The notes: generated by a model from the letters alone, not told the origin. Numbered from the stretch's first letter, positions 22,127 through 32,156 are shown. The stretch is 64,000 bases of DNA from an uncultured cyanobacterium (GCA_963703315.1 OY969811.1:2624001-2688000); one strand, 5' to 3'. Numbers and translations are program-made.

Positions 22127-22213
22127 AGAAAGAGAGGCGGCGCTTTGTGCTGCCTCTCTTTCTAAAAGAAATATTTTAAAAGCGTTGCTTTGCAACGCTT
22201 TTAAAATATTTCT
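22127..22213. repeat. Two adjacent GC-core triloop palindromes
   Basis: agaaaagagaggcggcgc-ttt-gtgctgcctctctttct followed by aagaaatattttaaaagcgttgc-ttt-gcaacgcttttaaaatatttctt. Confidence 0.8.
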
Positions 22214-22227
22214 TGGGTTTGGTATGA

Positions 22228-22893
22228 CTACCAATTTTTGGGTAAAGGTTCATTACAAAGCTGATGGATTTCGGTAATGCGATCAAACAACCACGGATAG
22301 TTATGACGATAGGCAGGAATCAGACCTAATGGAGAAAGTAAAGCTGCTGCTGTCAAATCGGCAACACTAAATTGATCCCCAATTAGATAGCCATCTTGCC
22401 AGAACTCACTAAGCATCGCGATCGCATCAGCAATCTTTTGAGCCGCTATTTTTGCAGAATCAGCATTGATCCCATATTGCAGTCGGACAGTTGTAATCAC
22501 GAGTTGACTGAGTAACGAAGGATCAAGTTGTTTACCCTCATTAGCCCGAAACTGATAATACACAAACCTTGTGGCTGTACCGATAAATTCATCAAAATAA
22601 TCTTCTAAGCGCAATGCTTCTTTTTGTTGTAAATCATCATCTAAATACAGGGGGCGATCGGGGTGATAAGTTTCTAGAAACCGAATAATTTCCGTAGAGT
22701 CGGCGACTACGGCGGGACAATTTTTTTGTTGAGGTAATAGCACAGGAACAGTTTTTAATCCTGAAAGTGGCTTGACCCTTAAAATATGTAACCCTGGTGT
22801 CAGATTTTCGACATGATAGGGAATTTGCTTGTAGCCTAGAGCGAGTCTAGCTTTGCGGCAATAGTGAGAGGTACTGAATTGTAATAAGAGCAT
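22228..22893 (-). CDS. Glutathione S-transferase family protein
   Basis: SHYCRKARLAL, TVPVL, ADSTEI and FSVADLTAA motifs. Confidence 0.88.
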   Translation of the reverse strand: MLLLQFSTSHYCRKARLALGYKQIPYHVENLTPGLHILRVKPLSGLKTVPVLLPQQKNCPAVVADSTEIIRFLETYHPDRPLYLDDDLQQKEALRLEDYFDEFIGTATRFVYYQFRANEGKQLDPSLLSQLVITTVRLQYGINADSAKIAAQKIADAIAMLSEFWQDGYLIGDQFSVADLTAAALLSPLGLIPAYRHNYPWLFDRITEIHQLCNEPLPKNW

Positions 22894-22975
22894 TCTTTAA
22901 ATAATTTACGTTCCTGACTGTAATAAATATGCTATAGTCTCGACTAAATTTTTACGGTCTCAGGTTCTGTCGTCT

Positions 22976-23746
22976 ATGCAAACCCATCCAGTCTCTAAAC
23001 CTACAAATTCTCAATCTGGTTATCAGTCTTCTGCGTCTGGTTATCAGTCTTCAGTTCCCGTAACTGTCTACCGAGAACTGGCTGCGGAGTTGCAATCGAC
23101 TCAAGCAAAGTTATCTTTTTTTCAGTTACAGAATGACCAGTTAACTAAGCAAAATCAAATGCTGTTGCAAGAGTTTGAGGCGATCGCTCAATCGACAGAC
23201 CGCATCCAAGCAATTCTTTCCCAGTCAAATTTACCTGAAGCAAAACTATCGGAAGTTTTAACTGGTATTCGGGCTTCTTCACAAATTAATTCTGCCCCAT
23301 CGAGAAATAATCCTCAGCCTCAAGGTCGCCCTCCTGCGGCTAAACCTCATACTGCCGATAAACCCGCAACACAGGCTAGTCCTCGCAAAGCATCTGTCCA
23401 GAAAACAACTCACGCGATCCAAGAAGCCATCTCTAGGGCAAGACAACTCGCTACGGAGTCTACTCCTGAAATTGAAAGTGAGGCAATGGTCGGTGAAGCG
23501 CTGTATTATGACAGTTCTTTTGCTACCTTTGATGCACCTGCGCCAATTCCCACTAAACCGCTTCCGAAACTAGAAATCCGTGAAGAAGTATCGTCACGAC
23601 CTCTCCGCCGTGAAGCTCGCGAATCTATGGAAGAATCTCAAGAATCAAATGGTTTAAGCGGTTGGGTTTTGACCTTAACTATTGTGGCGATCGTCTTAAC
23701 CTCTTTTGGTGCTGGCTATTTGCTGATGCGTCCATTTGTAAAGTAA
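22976..23746 (+). CDS. Hypothetical protein: coiled coil, P/S-rich linker, C-terminal TM anchor
   Basis: SVPVTVYRELAAELQ heptad region; terminal hydrophobic helix ending GAGYLLMRP. Confidence 0.7.
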   Translation: MQTHPVSKPTNSQSGYQSSASGYQSSVPVTVYRELAAELQSTQAKLSFFQLQNDQLTKQNQMLLQEFEAIAQSTDRIQAILSQSNLPEAKLSEVLTGIRASSQINSAPSRNNPQPQGRPPAAKPHTADKPATQASPRKASVQKTTHAIQEAISRARQLATESTPEIESEAMVGEALYYDSSFATFDAPAPIPTKPLPKLEIREEVSSRPLRREARESMEESQESNGLSGWVLTLTIVAIVLTSFGAGYLLMRPFVK

Positions 23747-23826
23747 ATTAAAATAAAAAGCCCAAAGAATAAAGGCGGCGCTTCGCGCCGCCTTTATTCT
23801 TGGCAATGTGCAGATAAAATTAAGTC

Positions 23827-24909
23827 ATGGATAGACGTAAGTTTTTACTTTTAAGCGGTGCAGCGATCGCCTCAATGGGGGGATGTCAATGGTCAAATCC
23901 TTTTGATCAACGAGAGCGATTCCGAGTTTCAGGATTACTAGGAGCGATACCTAGCAAAGTTATTAACCAATTTGAGTCAGCTTCTCAATACAAAACTGAA
24001 TTTAAAGCTGAAAACTCAGTTTCTAAGCTATGGGAAGAACTGCAAAACTATCCCAACACTGCCAAGGATAAATCTCTCAATGCCATTAGCATCGGTGATA
24101 GTTGGCTTGATTCAGCCATTGAAAAATCATTAATTCAGCCAATTACTCCTGAGCTGTTAGCCAAAATTCCCCAATGGCAAAAAATATCTCCGCTCTGGCA
24201 GCAAAGTGTCACCAGAAATAATCAGGTATGGGGTATCCCCTATCGTTGGGGAGCCACCGCGATCGCCTATCGTGGTGACAAACTAAAATTTGACATTACT
24301 CAATGGTCAGATCTGTGGCGATCGGAACTAAAGCTAAAATTAACATTGCCTGACGATGCCCGTGAAGTGATTGGGTTAGTACTCAAAAAAATGGGGCAAT
24401 CCTATCAACAGGAAAACTTAAGTCAAAGTCAAAACCTTGCTGCCCTAAACCAAGAGCTAAAAACATTAAACTCTCAAGTTTTAACCTATACCTCTGATAA
24501 TTATTTGCAGTCTCTATTGGCAGACGACACCTTAGCAGCAGTGGGATGGACAAATGATATGAACAGAGCCAAAAAACTGAATCCTAATCTAAAAGTGGTT
24601 ATCCCTCAAGATGGAACTGCTCTGTGGAGTGATGTTTGGGTAATTCCCAAGGGTGAAGTAACAGCATCTTCATCTTTAGCATGGATGAATTTTTGTCTGA
24701 CCCCTGCGATCGCGGCTCAGATTACGGCTTTGACTGATGCAGTTAGTACCAGTGAGCTAGATCAGGTTCCTGCCAGTGTTAAAGCTGATCCGATTAAATT
24801 CTTTCCTCAAGATATTTTCAAGAAGAGTGAACTGCTCTTACCTTTATCTCCAGAATCACTACAGCAATACAAAGATATTTGGACAAAGATGCGATCGGGT
24901 TCCCTATAA
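23827..24909 (+). CDS. PotD/PotF-like polyamine ABC transporter substrate-binding lipoprotein (Tat-like signal)
   Basis: MDRRKFL plus lipobox Cys; GIPYRWG, WSDLW and GTALWSD motifs. No permease genes adjacent. Confidence 0.82.
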   Translation: MDRRKFLLLSGAAIASMGGCQWSNPFDQRERFRVSGLLGAIPSKVINQFESASQYKTEFKAENSVSKLWEELQNYPNTAKDKSLNAISIGDSWLDSAIEKSLIQPITPELLAKIPQWQKISPLWQQSVTRNNQVWGIPYRWGATAIAYRGDKLKFDITQWSDLWRSELKLKLTLPDDAREVIGLVLKKMGQSYQQENLSQSQNLAALNQELKTLNSQVLTYTSDNYLQSLLADDTLAAVGWTNDMNRAKKLNPNLKVVIPQDGTALWSDVWVIPKGEVTASSSLAWMNFCLTPAIAAQITALTDAVSTSELDQVPASVKADPIKFFPQDIFKKSELLLPLSPESLQQYKDIWTKMRSGSL

Positions 24910-24950
24910 CCAGAGAAGAGAGCGCTTTGCGCTCTCTTCTCTGGTTATAG
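24904..24950. repeat. Perfect 22-bp inverted repeat containing both convergent stop codons
   Basis: ctataaccagagaagagagcgc-ttt-gcgctctcttctctggttatag. Confidence 0.9.
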
Positions 24951-26003
24951 ATTGTATGGATAATTGTAATCACTACGTTTGCGCCATTCTAATTCATGAT
25001 TGATTGCCTTATGCAAACATTCCTCAATGATGAATGGTGCATTGCGCCAATTAATATCATCACGTTGTAAAATCCAACTAACTTGCTCTAGCGACTCCTC
25101 TAACTCTGCTTCAAAACGGGCGAGGGGCAATGGCATTTTCTCTAAATTTGGTGCTTCAATACAGACAGCGATCGCCTCTTTGAGAACTCCCACAATTTCC
25201 TTACCATATACCTCACGCGCTCTTAGCCGCAGGGCTTTAAACCCCTTTTCCGATGTCGCATACATAGGAGGTAAGCGATTTAAAACATAGGCAGTTGCTT
25301 CTCCTAAATCAACTGTTTCCGCGATCGCGGGATGGAGCTTTTGGATCTGATGATAGGTAAGAGACAATACTAGTTTTTCGAGTACATTACTGAATTGATA
25401 ATTAGCATCAATCATGTAGGTTTGAAAATCCTTAGCTTTCTGCTCATCTTGAGACAAGCTGGAAGCAGCTTTCACCTGTCTCCCTTTCCAAGATATTTCA
25501 GGTGGTTTACGACCAATGGCTGTTTCATCTCCTCCCGCAGCTTCCCGTCTCCCCGTCACCATATAGGTTCTACTTACAGAAGTTTTGAGCTTGACCGTCA
25601 TCAAGGCATTTTCTAAGGCAGTCGGAATATCTTTCCAAGATGCATTCTCTGCGCCTAGTATTTGTTGCAGTGCAGCAAGCGATCGGGCATGACTAGCCAC
25701 CTCCTGCGATGGCAATTTTCCATTATCTCGTAGGGCATCAGGTTTAACGCTGACCAAAGCTCGCCGCACTGCGGACTCGATCTGTGGACGTATCTCAGTT
25801 GCCGCCTTTTTTCGTTGAATCACCCACCCCGCTTTTGAGGTTGCATACATTGGTGGCAAACGATTGAGAGCATAGGCAGCAACCTCACTCAAATTAATCT
25901 GGTCTCGACGATATTGGGGCAAGTGAGAAAGTTGTAAATCAATTTCTTCAATTACCAGTTCTTCTATTGCATTTTTGCAACTTTGCATATCAAGCCTTCC
26001 CAA
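24945..26003 (-). CDS. ComFB family protein with two ComFB domains
   Basis: AYALNRLPPMYATS and AYVLNRLPPMYATS repeated in the two halves. Confidence 0.88.
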   Translation of the reverse strand: MGRLDMQSCKNAIEELVIEEIDLQLSHLPQYRRDQINLSEVAAYALNRLPPMYATSKAGWVIQRKKAATEIRPQIESAVRRALVSVKPDALRDNGKLPSQEVASHARSLAALQQILGAENASWKDIPTALENALMTVKLKTSVSRTYMVTGRREAAGGDETAIGRKPPEISWKGRQVKAASSLSQDEQKAKDFQTYMIDANYQFSNVLEKLVLSLTYHQIQKLHPAIAETVDLGEATAYVLNRLPPMYATSEKGFKALRLRAREVYGKEIVGVLKEAIAVCIEAPNLEKMPLPLARFEAELEESLEQVSWILQRDDINWRNAPFIIEECLHKAINHELEWRKRSDYNYPYNL

Positions 26004-26154
26004 ACCTAATATGGAATTGGAGTATTACTAAACGAGAAAAAATGATGTTGAGTTGGTTGCAAATCGTGTAGCAATTAAATTTTCTGAATTGCAATAAGTA
26101 TGGATTTTGCATAGATTCTTAAGTAGAAATTTTATTTTTACTTAAAAATCTATT

Positions 26155-26269
26155 TATAGCTGTTGCCATTTGCATTAGGACAAATCAAAACCCAAGAAGA
26201 GAGTGGCGGCGCGAAGCGCCGCCACTTGTCTTCTAGTTTTGTGTCCTAACGAGACTGGCGATAGCTATA
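26155..26269. mobile_element. MITE-like element with TATAGCT termini and internal GC-core hairpin
   Basis: Inverted ends tatagctgttgcca / tggcgatagctata, subterminal ttaggaca / tgtcctaa; related inverted copy at 59316-59414. Confidence 0.7.
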
Positions 26270-26330
26270 AAAACATTTTGATATTATAACAAGCCAAATT
26301 AGAATCGACCATTTTTATAAATCCTATCCT

Positions 26331-26585
26331 TTATTTTTTAGGTTGATCAATGCGATAAAGCCAGATCATCAAAGCTAATGCGCCAATCTGTAAAGCAAAG
26401 TTTCCCAAGTTTGTCTCAAAGTCACCATTCCCAGCAATTAATTTAGCGAAAAAAACAACGGCTCCAATAAATCCTGAGCCACCGAAAGCAATGTAAATAA
26501 ATATGCGTAGACCGCGATAGGGTGATTTTGCTTCACGTCTTAGACGCTCGTACTGTTCTGAATTGTTGAGTTTTAGTTTTGACAT
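26331..26585 (-). CDS. DUF3493 domain protein (related to the LPA1 C-terminal domain)
   Basis: RLRREAKSPYRGLRIFIYIAFGGSG followed by two TM helices. Confidence 0.8.
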   Translation of the reverse strand: MSKLKLNNSEQYERLRREAKSPYRGLRIFIYIAFGGSGFIGAVVFFAKLIAGNGDFETNLGNFALQIGALALMIWLYRIDQPKK

Positions 26586-26652
26586 ATCGCAATCCTAAAT
26601 AATTTATGAGAAATTAAAACATGAGGCGCACGCTGCGCGTGCGCTTCATGTT

Positions 26653-27372
26653 TTAAGACTGGCTCTTTTGATTCATGGCTGTGCGATCGCATAGCCAAAT
26701 CGTATTACCAGTAATCAAGCGTGAAGGATATTGATTGACATCTCCACTGGTTGCTAACACTGCTTTAAGAGCTTTTGCCTTAGCCGCCCCTTCGATCATA
26801 AAAATAATTTCCTTAGCTTGATTAATCACAGGCACTGTCAAGGTAATCCGAGGCTGTCCATCCTTTTCGCCAACAGTGACAAGGCGATCGCCTACTTTTA
26901 GAGCTTTGGTGTGTGGAAATAATGAAGCTGTATGCCCGTCATCTCCCATGCCTAATAAAACCAAATCAAACTGGGGAATAGTTCCCTGTGAAACACCAAA
27001 AAACTCTTGGATATGTTGTTCGTACTGCGCCGCCGCGATCGCAGGATCATCAGCATCTGTAGGAATCCCATGAATATTTGCCGCAGGGATCTCTACGCGA
27101 TCGAGCCATGCTTGCCGAGTCATCCCTTCATTACTTTGAGGATCAGTAACAGGAACATAGCGCTCATCTCCCCAAAAAACATGAACTTTAGACCAGTCCC
27201 ATTCTTTACTAGCTAAGAGTTCATACAAAACACGAGGAGTGCTACCACCTGCGGCAACAATAGTGAATCTTTCTCCTTTGGCGATCGCTTCATTGTATGC
27301 AAGTTCAGCTAAAAACAAAGCTCTACTAGCAATCTCAGCGCGATCGTTCCAAATCTCTACCTGTCTAGCCAT
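26653..27372 (-). CDS. pgl: 6-phosphogluconolactonase
   Basis: GGSTP, FWGDERYVP and LLGMGDDGHTASLFP motifs. Confidence 0.95.
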   Translation of the reverse strand: MARQVEIWNDRAEIASRALFLAELAYNEAIAKGERFTIVAAGGSTPRVLYELLASKEWDWSKVHVFWGDERYVPVTDPQSNEGMTRQAWLDRVEIPAANIHGIPTDADDPAIAAAQYEQHIQEFFGVSQGTIPQFDLVLLGMGDDGHTASLFPHTKALKVGDRLVTVGEKDGQPRITLTVPVINQAKEIIFMIEGAAKAKALKAVLATSGDVNQYPSRLITGNTIWLCDRTAMNQKSQS

Positions 27373-27565
27373 AAAATATCTCCCTAAAAACTCACAGAAT
27401 TATTCCAGTATGGATGAACTAATGAAACGTTTTGTATAGATACTTATCAATCAATCTTATGAGAGGTGTCTTTTATTGCATTTTGTGTGATTTTTAACAG
27501 TACTAACGCAGAGATGTACTAATCTATAAAATGTTAGGAAAACATTAAGGTTGAGGTAAACAAAG

Positions 27566-27775
27566 ATGACACCTGCTATAATACGACTTTTTTGGGACTC
27601 AGTTAATCAAGCACATCCCAATCTACTCTTGAATCTTGATGATGATGGGCTAATGAGCTTGTTAGTTGATCAAGTTAAACAGAGATCTTCCCTAGACCCT
27701 CATCAGCAAAATGATCTGAGTCACTATATTAGCAATCGACTGCCTTTGATTCGCGAGATGGCATACCAGAACTAG
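27566..27775 (+). CDS. Small conserved cyanobacterial hypothetical protein
   Basis: 69 aa with GAGG RBS; LLNLDD..L and YISNRLPLIRE pattern recalled from cyanobacterial hypothetical proteins. Confidence 0.7.
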   Translation: MTPAIIRLFWDSVNQAHPNLLLNLDDDGLMSLLVDQVKQRSSLDPHQQNDLSHYISNRLPLIREMAYQN

Positions 27776-27994
27776 TTTGTTCTAAGGCTGCAAGGTTCTA
27801 AGGCTGCAAGTATATTGCTAATGTAATGCAAATACTGAGGGGATTGTTTTAACGGGGAACATAATACGGTTTCTAACGATGCCATGCTAATAAAATGTTA
27901 GCTAAGTGTTAGCATAATTGCCTGAGCCGTGCGATCGCTGATTTCATTGCTCCACAAACTATTTACAGTTATCTTTAGCGATTATCCCTAGCAT

Positions 27995-29395
27995 ATGGCA
28001 TCTGCAAGAATTATTGACTTATTGCGTAGCGGTCAGACTAGCAAATCTTACACTGTGCGTGGTTGGGTACGCACAAAACGAGAAGGTAAGGGAATAGCCT
28101 TTTTAGAATTGAATGATGGTTCATCGCTACAGGGGTTACAAATTGTCTTACCACAGACAATTGCCGACTATGAGTCACTAACTAAACAAATTACGACAGG
28201 CACATCGATTGAAGTGTCTGGACTTCTTGTGGAGTCAACAGGTAAGGGGCAAAGGGTAGAAATGCAAGCTGAGGCGATCGCCATCTTCGGCACAGCCGAT
28301 GCGGAAACCTATCCCTTACAGAAAAAAAGACACTCGATCGAATTTCTACGGACGATCGCCCATTTGCGTCCACGCACGAATATGTTTGGGGCGGTGTTCC
28401 GAGTTCGCAATGCCTGTGCCTATGCAATTCACAAATTTTTTCAAGAGCGTGGTTTTTTGTGGGTACATACACCAATTGTCACGGCGAGTGATTGCGAAGG
28501 GGCGGGGGAAATGTTTGGTGTGACCACGTTTGATCTCAATAAAGTGGCTGCCACAGGTAAACCTGTTGATTTTTCCCAAGACTTTTTTGGTAAGCCTGCT
28601 TTTTTGACCGTGAGTGGTCAGCTAGAAGCGGAAATCATGGCGATGGCATTTTCTAATGTCTATACCTTTGGTCCTACATTTCGCGCTGAAAACTCCAATA
28701 CTTCGCGCCATCTAGCCGAATTTTGGATGATTGAGCCAGAGGTTGCTTTTTGCGATTTGGAAGGTGATGCCGATCTTGCTGAAGATTTCCTCAAATATAT
28801 TTTTAATTATGTTCTGGAAACCTGCCCTGAAGATATGGAATTTTTCCAAGAACGGGTCAATGCTCAAGTGATGACTAATGCTCGCAAAATCATCGATGAG
28901 CAGTTTGAGCGCATTACCTATACTGAGGCGATCGCCATTCTGGAAAAGAGCAGCAAAACCTTTGAGTTTCCTGTGGAATGGGGTTTGGATTTGCAATCTG
29001 AGCATGAGAGATTTTTAGCTGAGGAGCATTTCCAAAAACCAGTAATTGTGATGGATTATCCTCTGGGGATCAAAGCATTTTATATGCGCGTAAATGATGA
29101 CTCTCAAGGCGATCGCAAAACTGTGCGGGCGATGGATATTCTCGCTCCCGGTGTCGGTGAAATTATCGGTGGTTCTCAGCGTGAAGAACGTCTGGAAGTA
29201 CTAGAAGCGAGAATTCGCAGTGTTGGTCTCAATCCCGAAGATTATTGGTGGTATCTGGATCTACGACGTTATGGCACTGTACCCCATGCTGGTTTTGGGC
29301 TAGGGTTTGAGCGTTTAGTCCAGTTCATCACAGGCATGGGAAATATTCGAGACGTAATTCCCTTTCCGCGATTCCCTCAAAGTGCCGAATTTTAA
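27995..29395 (+). CDS. asnS: Asparagine--tRNA ligase
   Basis: [27 protein letters not shown] and GLGFERL motifs. Confidence 0.97.
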   Translation: MASARIIDLLRSGQTSKSYTVRGWVRTKREGKGIAFLELNDGSSLQGLQIVLPQTIADYESLTKQITTGTSIEVSGLLVESTGKGQRVEMQAEAIAIFGTADAETYPLQKKRHSIEFLRTIAHLRPRTNMFGAVFRVRNACAYAIHKFFQERGFLWVHTPIVTASDCEGAGEMFGVTTFDLNKVAATGKPVDFSQDFFGKPAFLTVSGQLEAEIMAMAFSNVYTFGPTFRAENSNTSRHLAEFWMIEPEVAFCDLEGDADLAEDFLKYIFNYVLETCPEDMEFFQERVNAQVMTNARKIIDEQFERITYTEAIAILEKSSKTFEFPVEWGLDLQSEHERFLAEEHFQKPVIVMDYPLGIKAFYMRVNDDSQGDRKTVRAMDILAPGVGEIIGGSQREERLEVLEARIRSVGLNPEDYWWYLDLRRYGTVPHAGFGLGFERLVQFITGMGNIRDVIPFPRFPQSAEF

Positions 29396-29479
29396 AACAC
29401 AAAATGGCGTAGCCATTTTGTGTTTTAAAACCCTTACTGGGTTTAGTTTTTAACAGAAGAGAAGTGGCGGCGCTTCTCT

Positions 29480-29640
29480 CTATCCAACCAACTGCACAGT
29501 GGAGCCTTCCTCACTCTTCGATACTTCAATTAACGTATTAAAAGCTTCCTTCATTTGAGGCATATGCGTGATTACGAGAATGCACTCAAAATCGGGCGCG
29601 ATCGCATTAATGGCACTGACAAGGCGATCGCAACCCAATT
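29480..29640 (-). pseudogene. Stranded duplicate 3' end of sbcC (52 codons plus stop)
   Basis: Translates LGCDRLVSAINAIAPDFECILVITHMPQMKEAFNTLIEVSKSEEGSTVQLVG*, 51/52 aa identical to the end of the 32471-35482 ORF. Confidence 0.93.
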
Positions 29641-29713
29641 AATCTTCACTAACTTTTAGAAGTAAATTTCAGCTTATATTTGTTATTAGCAAATTATTTT
29701 TGGAGCTTTTGCC

Positions 29714-30022
29714 GTGAGCCAGCCTTTAGTTGAAGTTACTTTTGCACTAGACGATCCCAGTTTGGATGAATATGAGCGCCAAGAGTTTGCGAAGAAATTA
29801 CTAAAGCAGTTGCGCGAACAAGGCGATGCTGAGACTGTGGAACGTGCTGACGATCTAAGCTCTGAAGTGGGTCGTAAGGGTGGCTTGGATAAATTGGTAG
29901 GCGTATTGACTGCAAAAGTTTCGTTAGACAAAGTTGTTAGCTTTATGGGATTTGTCGGCGGCAAGTTTGCAGAAAAGCCGATGAAGATTCATGTGAAAGA
30001 TGGCTGGAGTACAATTTATTAG
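29714..30022 (+). pseudogene. Probably 3'-truncated small cyanobacterial protein (EACC1-like by resemblance)
   Basis: D.SLD..E.QE....LL.QL, V.R...KG...LVGVL.A.V and KP.KI.V pattern; the usual C-terminal helix appears replaced by WSTIY*. Family call from memory. Confidence 0.45.
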
Positions 30023-30083
30023 TTGTTTGAATATAGACTTATTATATGAACAAGAAATTTGAGATTGTAAGGATATCCAAAAA

Positions 30084-30932
30084 ATGACTAAAGTTGTTAG
30101 CTTTATCAATCTAAAGGGAGGCGTTGGCAAGACAACTACTGCTGTCAACATCGCTGCAATATTAGCAAAACAAAAATCTTCTAAGGTTCTACTTGTAGAT
30201 CTTGATCCCCAAACCAATGCAACAGTTTCTCTGATATCGCAGGAGGAGTGGCGAGATGTAAACAGCAAGGGACAAACGATCCATCATCTTTTTGATGATT
30301 TAATTAACTCACGGCAGCTTTTTGATCTTGAAAAGGCTGTATTGCAGAATGTTGGAGGAATACAGGGATTAGATTTATTACCCTCTAGTCTAGAGCTAGT
30401 GGAAATTCAAGATGATATTCCAAACTTAGATCAGAGAAGATATGTCAGTCATGTTGATGTTATTCAGAATACTCTTGCTGAACTGAAAAACCAATATGAA
30501 TACGTTATTATTGATTGTCCTCCTAACTTAGGAGCAATTACTCTCAATGGAATTGTTATGAGCGATTATTATATTGTCCCCACAATTCCAGACATTTTCT
30601 CAAAAATTGGATTGAGCCTAATTTGGAATAGAATCAATAAGTTTAAAGACAAAAAGCGTTCTTGTAAAGTTGAACTAGGAGGGATTGTTTTTACTAAAGT
30701 TGATGATCGAACTAATTTACATAAGTCCACCAAAATACAGATTAGGCAAGATTCTCAGTGGAAAGATCATACATTTGAATACGAATTGCCACAACGTACA
30801 GGTATTGCAGAAGCAGTTATAGATTCTCGACCTTTTGTTACTTCGCCAAAGGCGGAAAAGCGTAAGGATTATAGGGATACTCTCACAGAAATTGAGAATA
30901 TTACAGAAGAATTCATCAAGAGAGTTGGATGA
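30084..30932 (+). CDS. ParA/Soj family ATPase
   Basis: Deviant Walker A KGGVGKTT, DLDPQTNAT and IIDCPPNL motifs. Confidence 0.92.
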   Translation: MTKVVSFINLKGGVGKTTTAVNIAAILAKQKSSKVLLVDLDPQTNATVSLISQEEWRDVNSKGQTIHHLFDDLINSRQLFDLEKAVLQNVGGIQGLDLLPSSLELVEIQDDIPNLDQRRYVSHVDVIQNTLAELKNQYEYVIIDCPPNLGAITLNGIVMSDYYIVPTIPDIFSKIGLSLIWNRINKFKDKKRSCKVELGGIVFTKVDDRTNLHKSTKIQIRQDSQWKDHTFEYELPQRTGIAEAVIDSRPFVTSPKAEKRKDYRDTLTEIENITEEFIKRVG

Positions 30933-31303
30933 TTTACATGGAAATAAACGAGAAAGATATAGTATCTTTTGCTAAGGTTTTGATCTCTATTGGCAAAAGG
31001 ATTGAGATGAGTCCTGAGATATTAATGCAGATTCTAGATACATCTAAAGATGTAAAAGAAAGTGTAAGGATTCCTAATGCTTCACCAAAAGTGGAGTCGA
31101 TCCAAATTTATGAAATTGCTAAAGATCACAGTAAAGATGAATTCATTAAATATCTTAAAAAGTTTACCTCTGAGCAACTTCGGGATGTTATCAAATCCAA
31201 TGGGTTTGGATCTGTTCGATATAAAGCTATAGAAAAGCTAGCTGAATATATCGCTGATGAAGTAAAAAAAAGATCGTCCGATGTGTTTAGACATCATGAG
31301 TAA
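30929..31303 (+). CDS. Hypothetical protein translationally coupled to ParA
   Basis: ATGA start/stop overlap at 30929-30932; basic helical C-terminus. Confidence 0.7.
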   Translation: MIYMEINEKDIVSFAKVLISIGKRIEMSPEILMQILDTSKDVKESVRIPNASPKVESIQIYEIAKDHSKDEFIKYLKKFTSEQLRDVIKSNGFGSVRYKAIEKLAEYIADEVKKRSSDVFRHHE

Positions 31304-31310
31304 TCATTGA

Positions 31311-31526
31311 TTGCTAAAATTTCATACAGCATTAGGACAATTCCTCAACTATCAAATTGTTTTAGAATCAGAAGATCGCGATCGCATTCTCTACTTAGCC
31401 ATTCCCTTTGAAACTTACGAAGCATTTTTTCGCTTTGAGCCAGTCAAAACAGCGATCGCCCGCTTTCAAGTTAAACTTCTTGTTTACAATACAGAAAAAG
31501 AGGAGATAGAACAATGGATCGAGTAG
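31311..31526 (+). pseudogene. XisH family protein, C-terminal fragment
   Basis: FHTALGQFLNY...DRILYLAIP...EEIEQWI is the XisH C-half; the N-terminal half is missing. Confidence 0.85.
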
Positions 31527-31867
31527 AACGCTATCGCCAAATCGTGCGTACTTTTCTCGAAGAATATGCCCAAGAAAGCGTCTCACCCAATGAAAACGTC
31601 ACTGCTGAATTAGTATTTGATGAAAAACGCGATCGCTATTTGTTAGTTCATGTTGGTTGGCAAGGCGCTCGGCGGATCTACGGCTGTCCTATGCAGATTG
31701 ACATTATTGATAACAAAGTTTGGTTACAACATAACGCCACTGAAATATTTGTCGATCAAGAACTTATTAATAGAGGTATACCCGAAGATGATATGGTGTT
31801 AGGCTTGCAATCACCTCGTATCCGTGAACTAGTTGCCGCAAAGAAGAAACGCTATAATCTTGTGTGA
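31514..31867 (+). CDS. XisI family protein
   Basis: DRYLLVHVGW...RIYG...IDI..KVWLQHN.TE...GIP..D.VLG pattern. Confidence 0.9.
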   Translation: MDRVERYRQIVRTFLEEYAQESVSPNENVTAELVFDEKRDRYLLVHVGWQGARRIYGCPMQIDIIDNKVWLQHNATEIFVDQELINRGIPEDDMVLGLQSPRIRELVAAKKKRYNLV

Positions 31868-31901
31868 CACAGATCCCCAACCCAATAACGGAGTAAAGCT
31901 A

Positions 31902-32156
31902 ATGACAGCTAAAGAACAGCTTTTAAAAGAGATTCAAGATAGTCCAGAAGCACTAATTAAAGAGGTTTTAGACTTTTTACTTTTTGCTAGAAGCAGGAAT
32001 TATCTTCATTCAGCAGAAGCAAAAGCCATCTCACGACTACCAGATCAAGACGATCCCAGTAAATGGATTACATCTATAGATGAGGACGAACCAATTGATG
32101 AGCAAGCTCTAAACGCTTGGCTAGAACAGAAAGGCTATCAAAAAGCAAATGTATAG
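31902..32156 (+). CDS. Putative antitoxin (DUF2281-like N-terminus)
   Basis: MTAKEQLLKEIQDSPEALIKEVLDFLLF; GGAG RBS; acidic C-terminus; overlaps the next gene. Confidence 0.65.
   Translation: MTAKEQLLKEIQDSPEALIKEVLDFLLFARSRNYLHSAEAKAISRLPDQDDPSKWITSIDEDEPIDEQALNAWLEQKGYQKANV

Noticed and set aside
31311..31867. xisH/xisI as evidence of an fdxN-type excision element
   Set aside because: No XisF-like recombinase is present, xisH is truncated, and XisHI pairs are common stand-alone modules in cyanobacteria.
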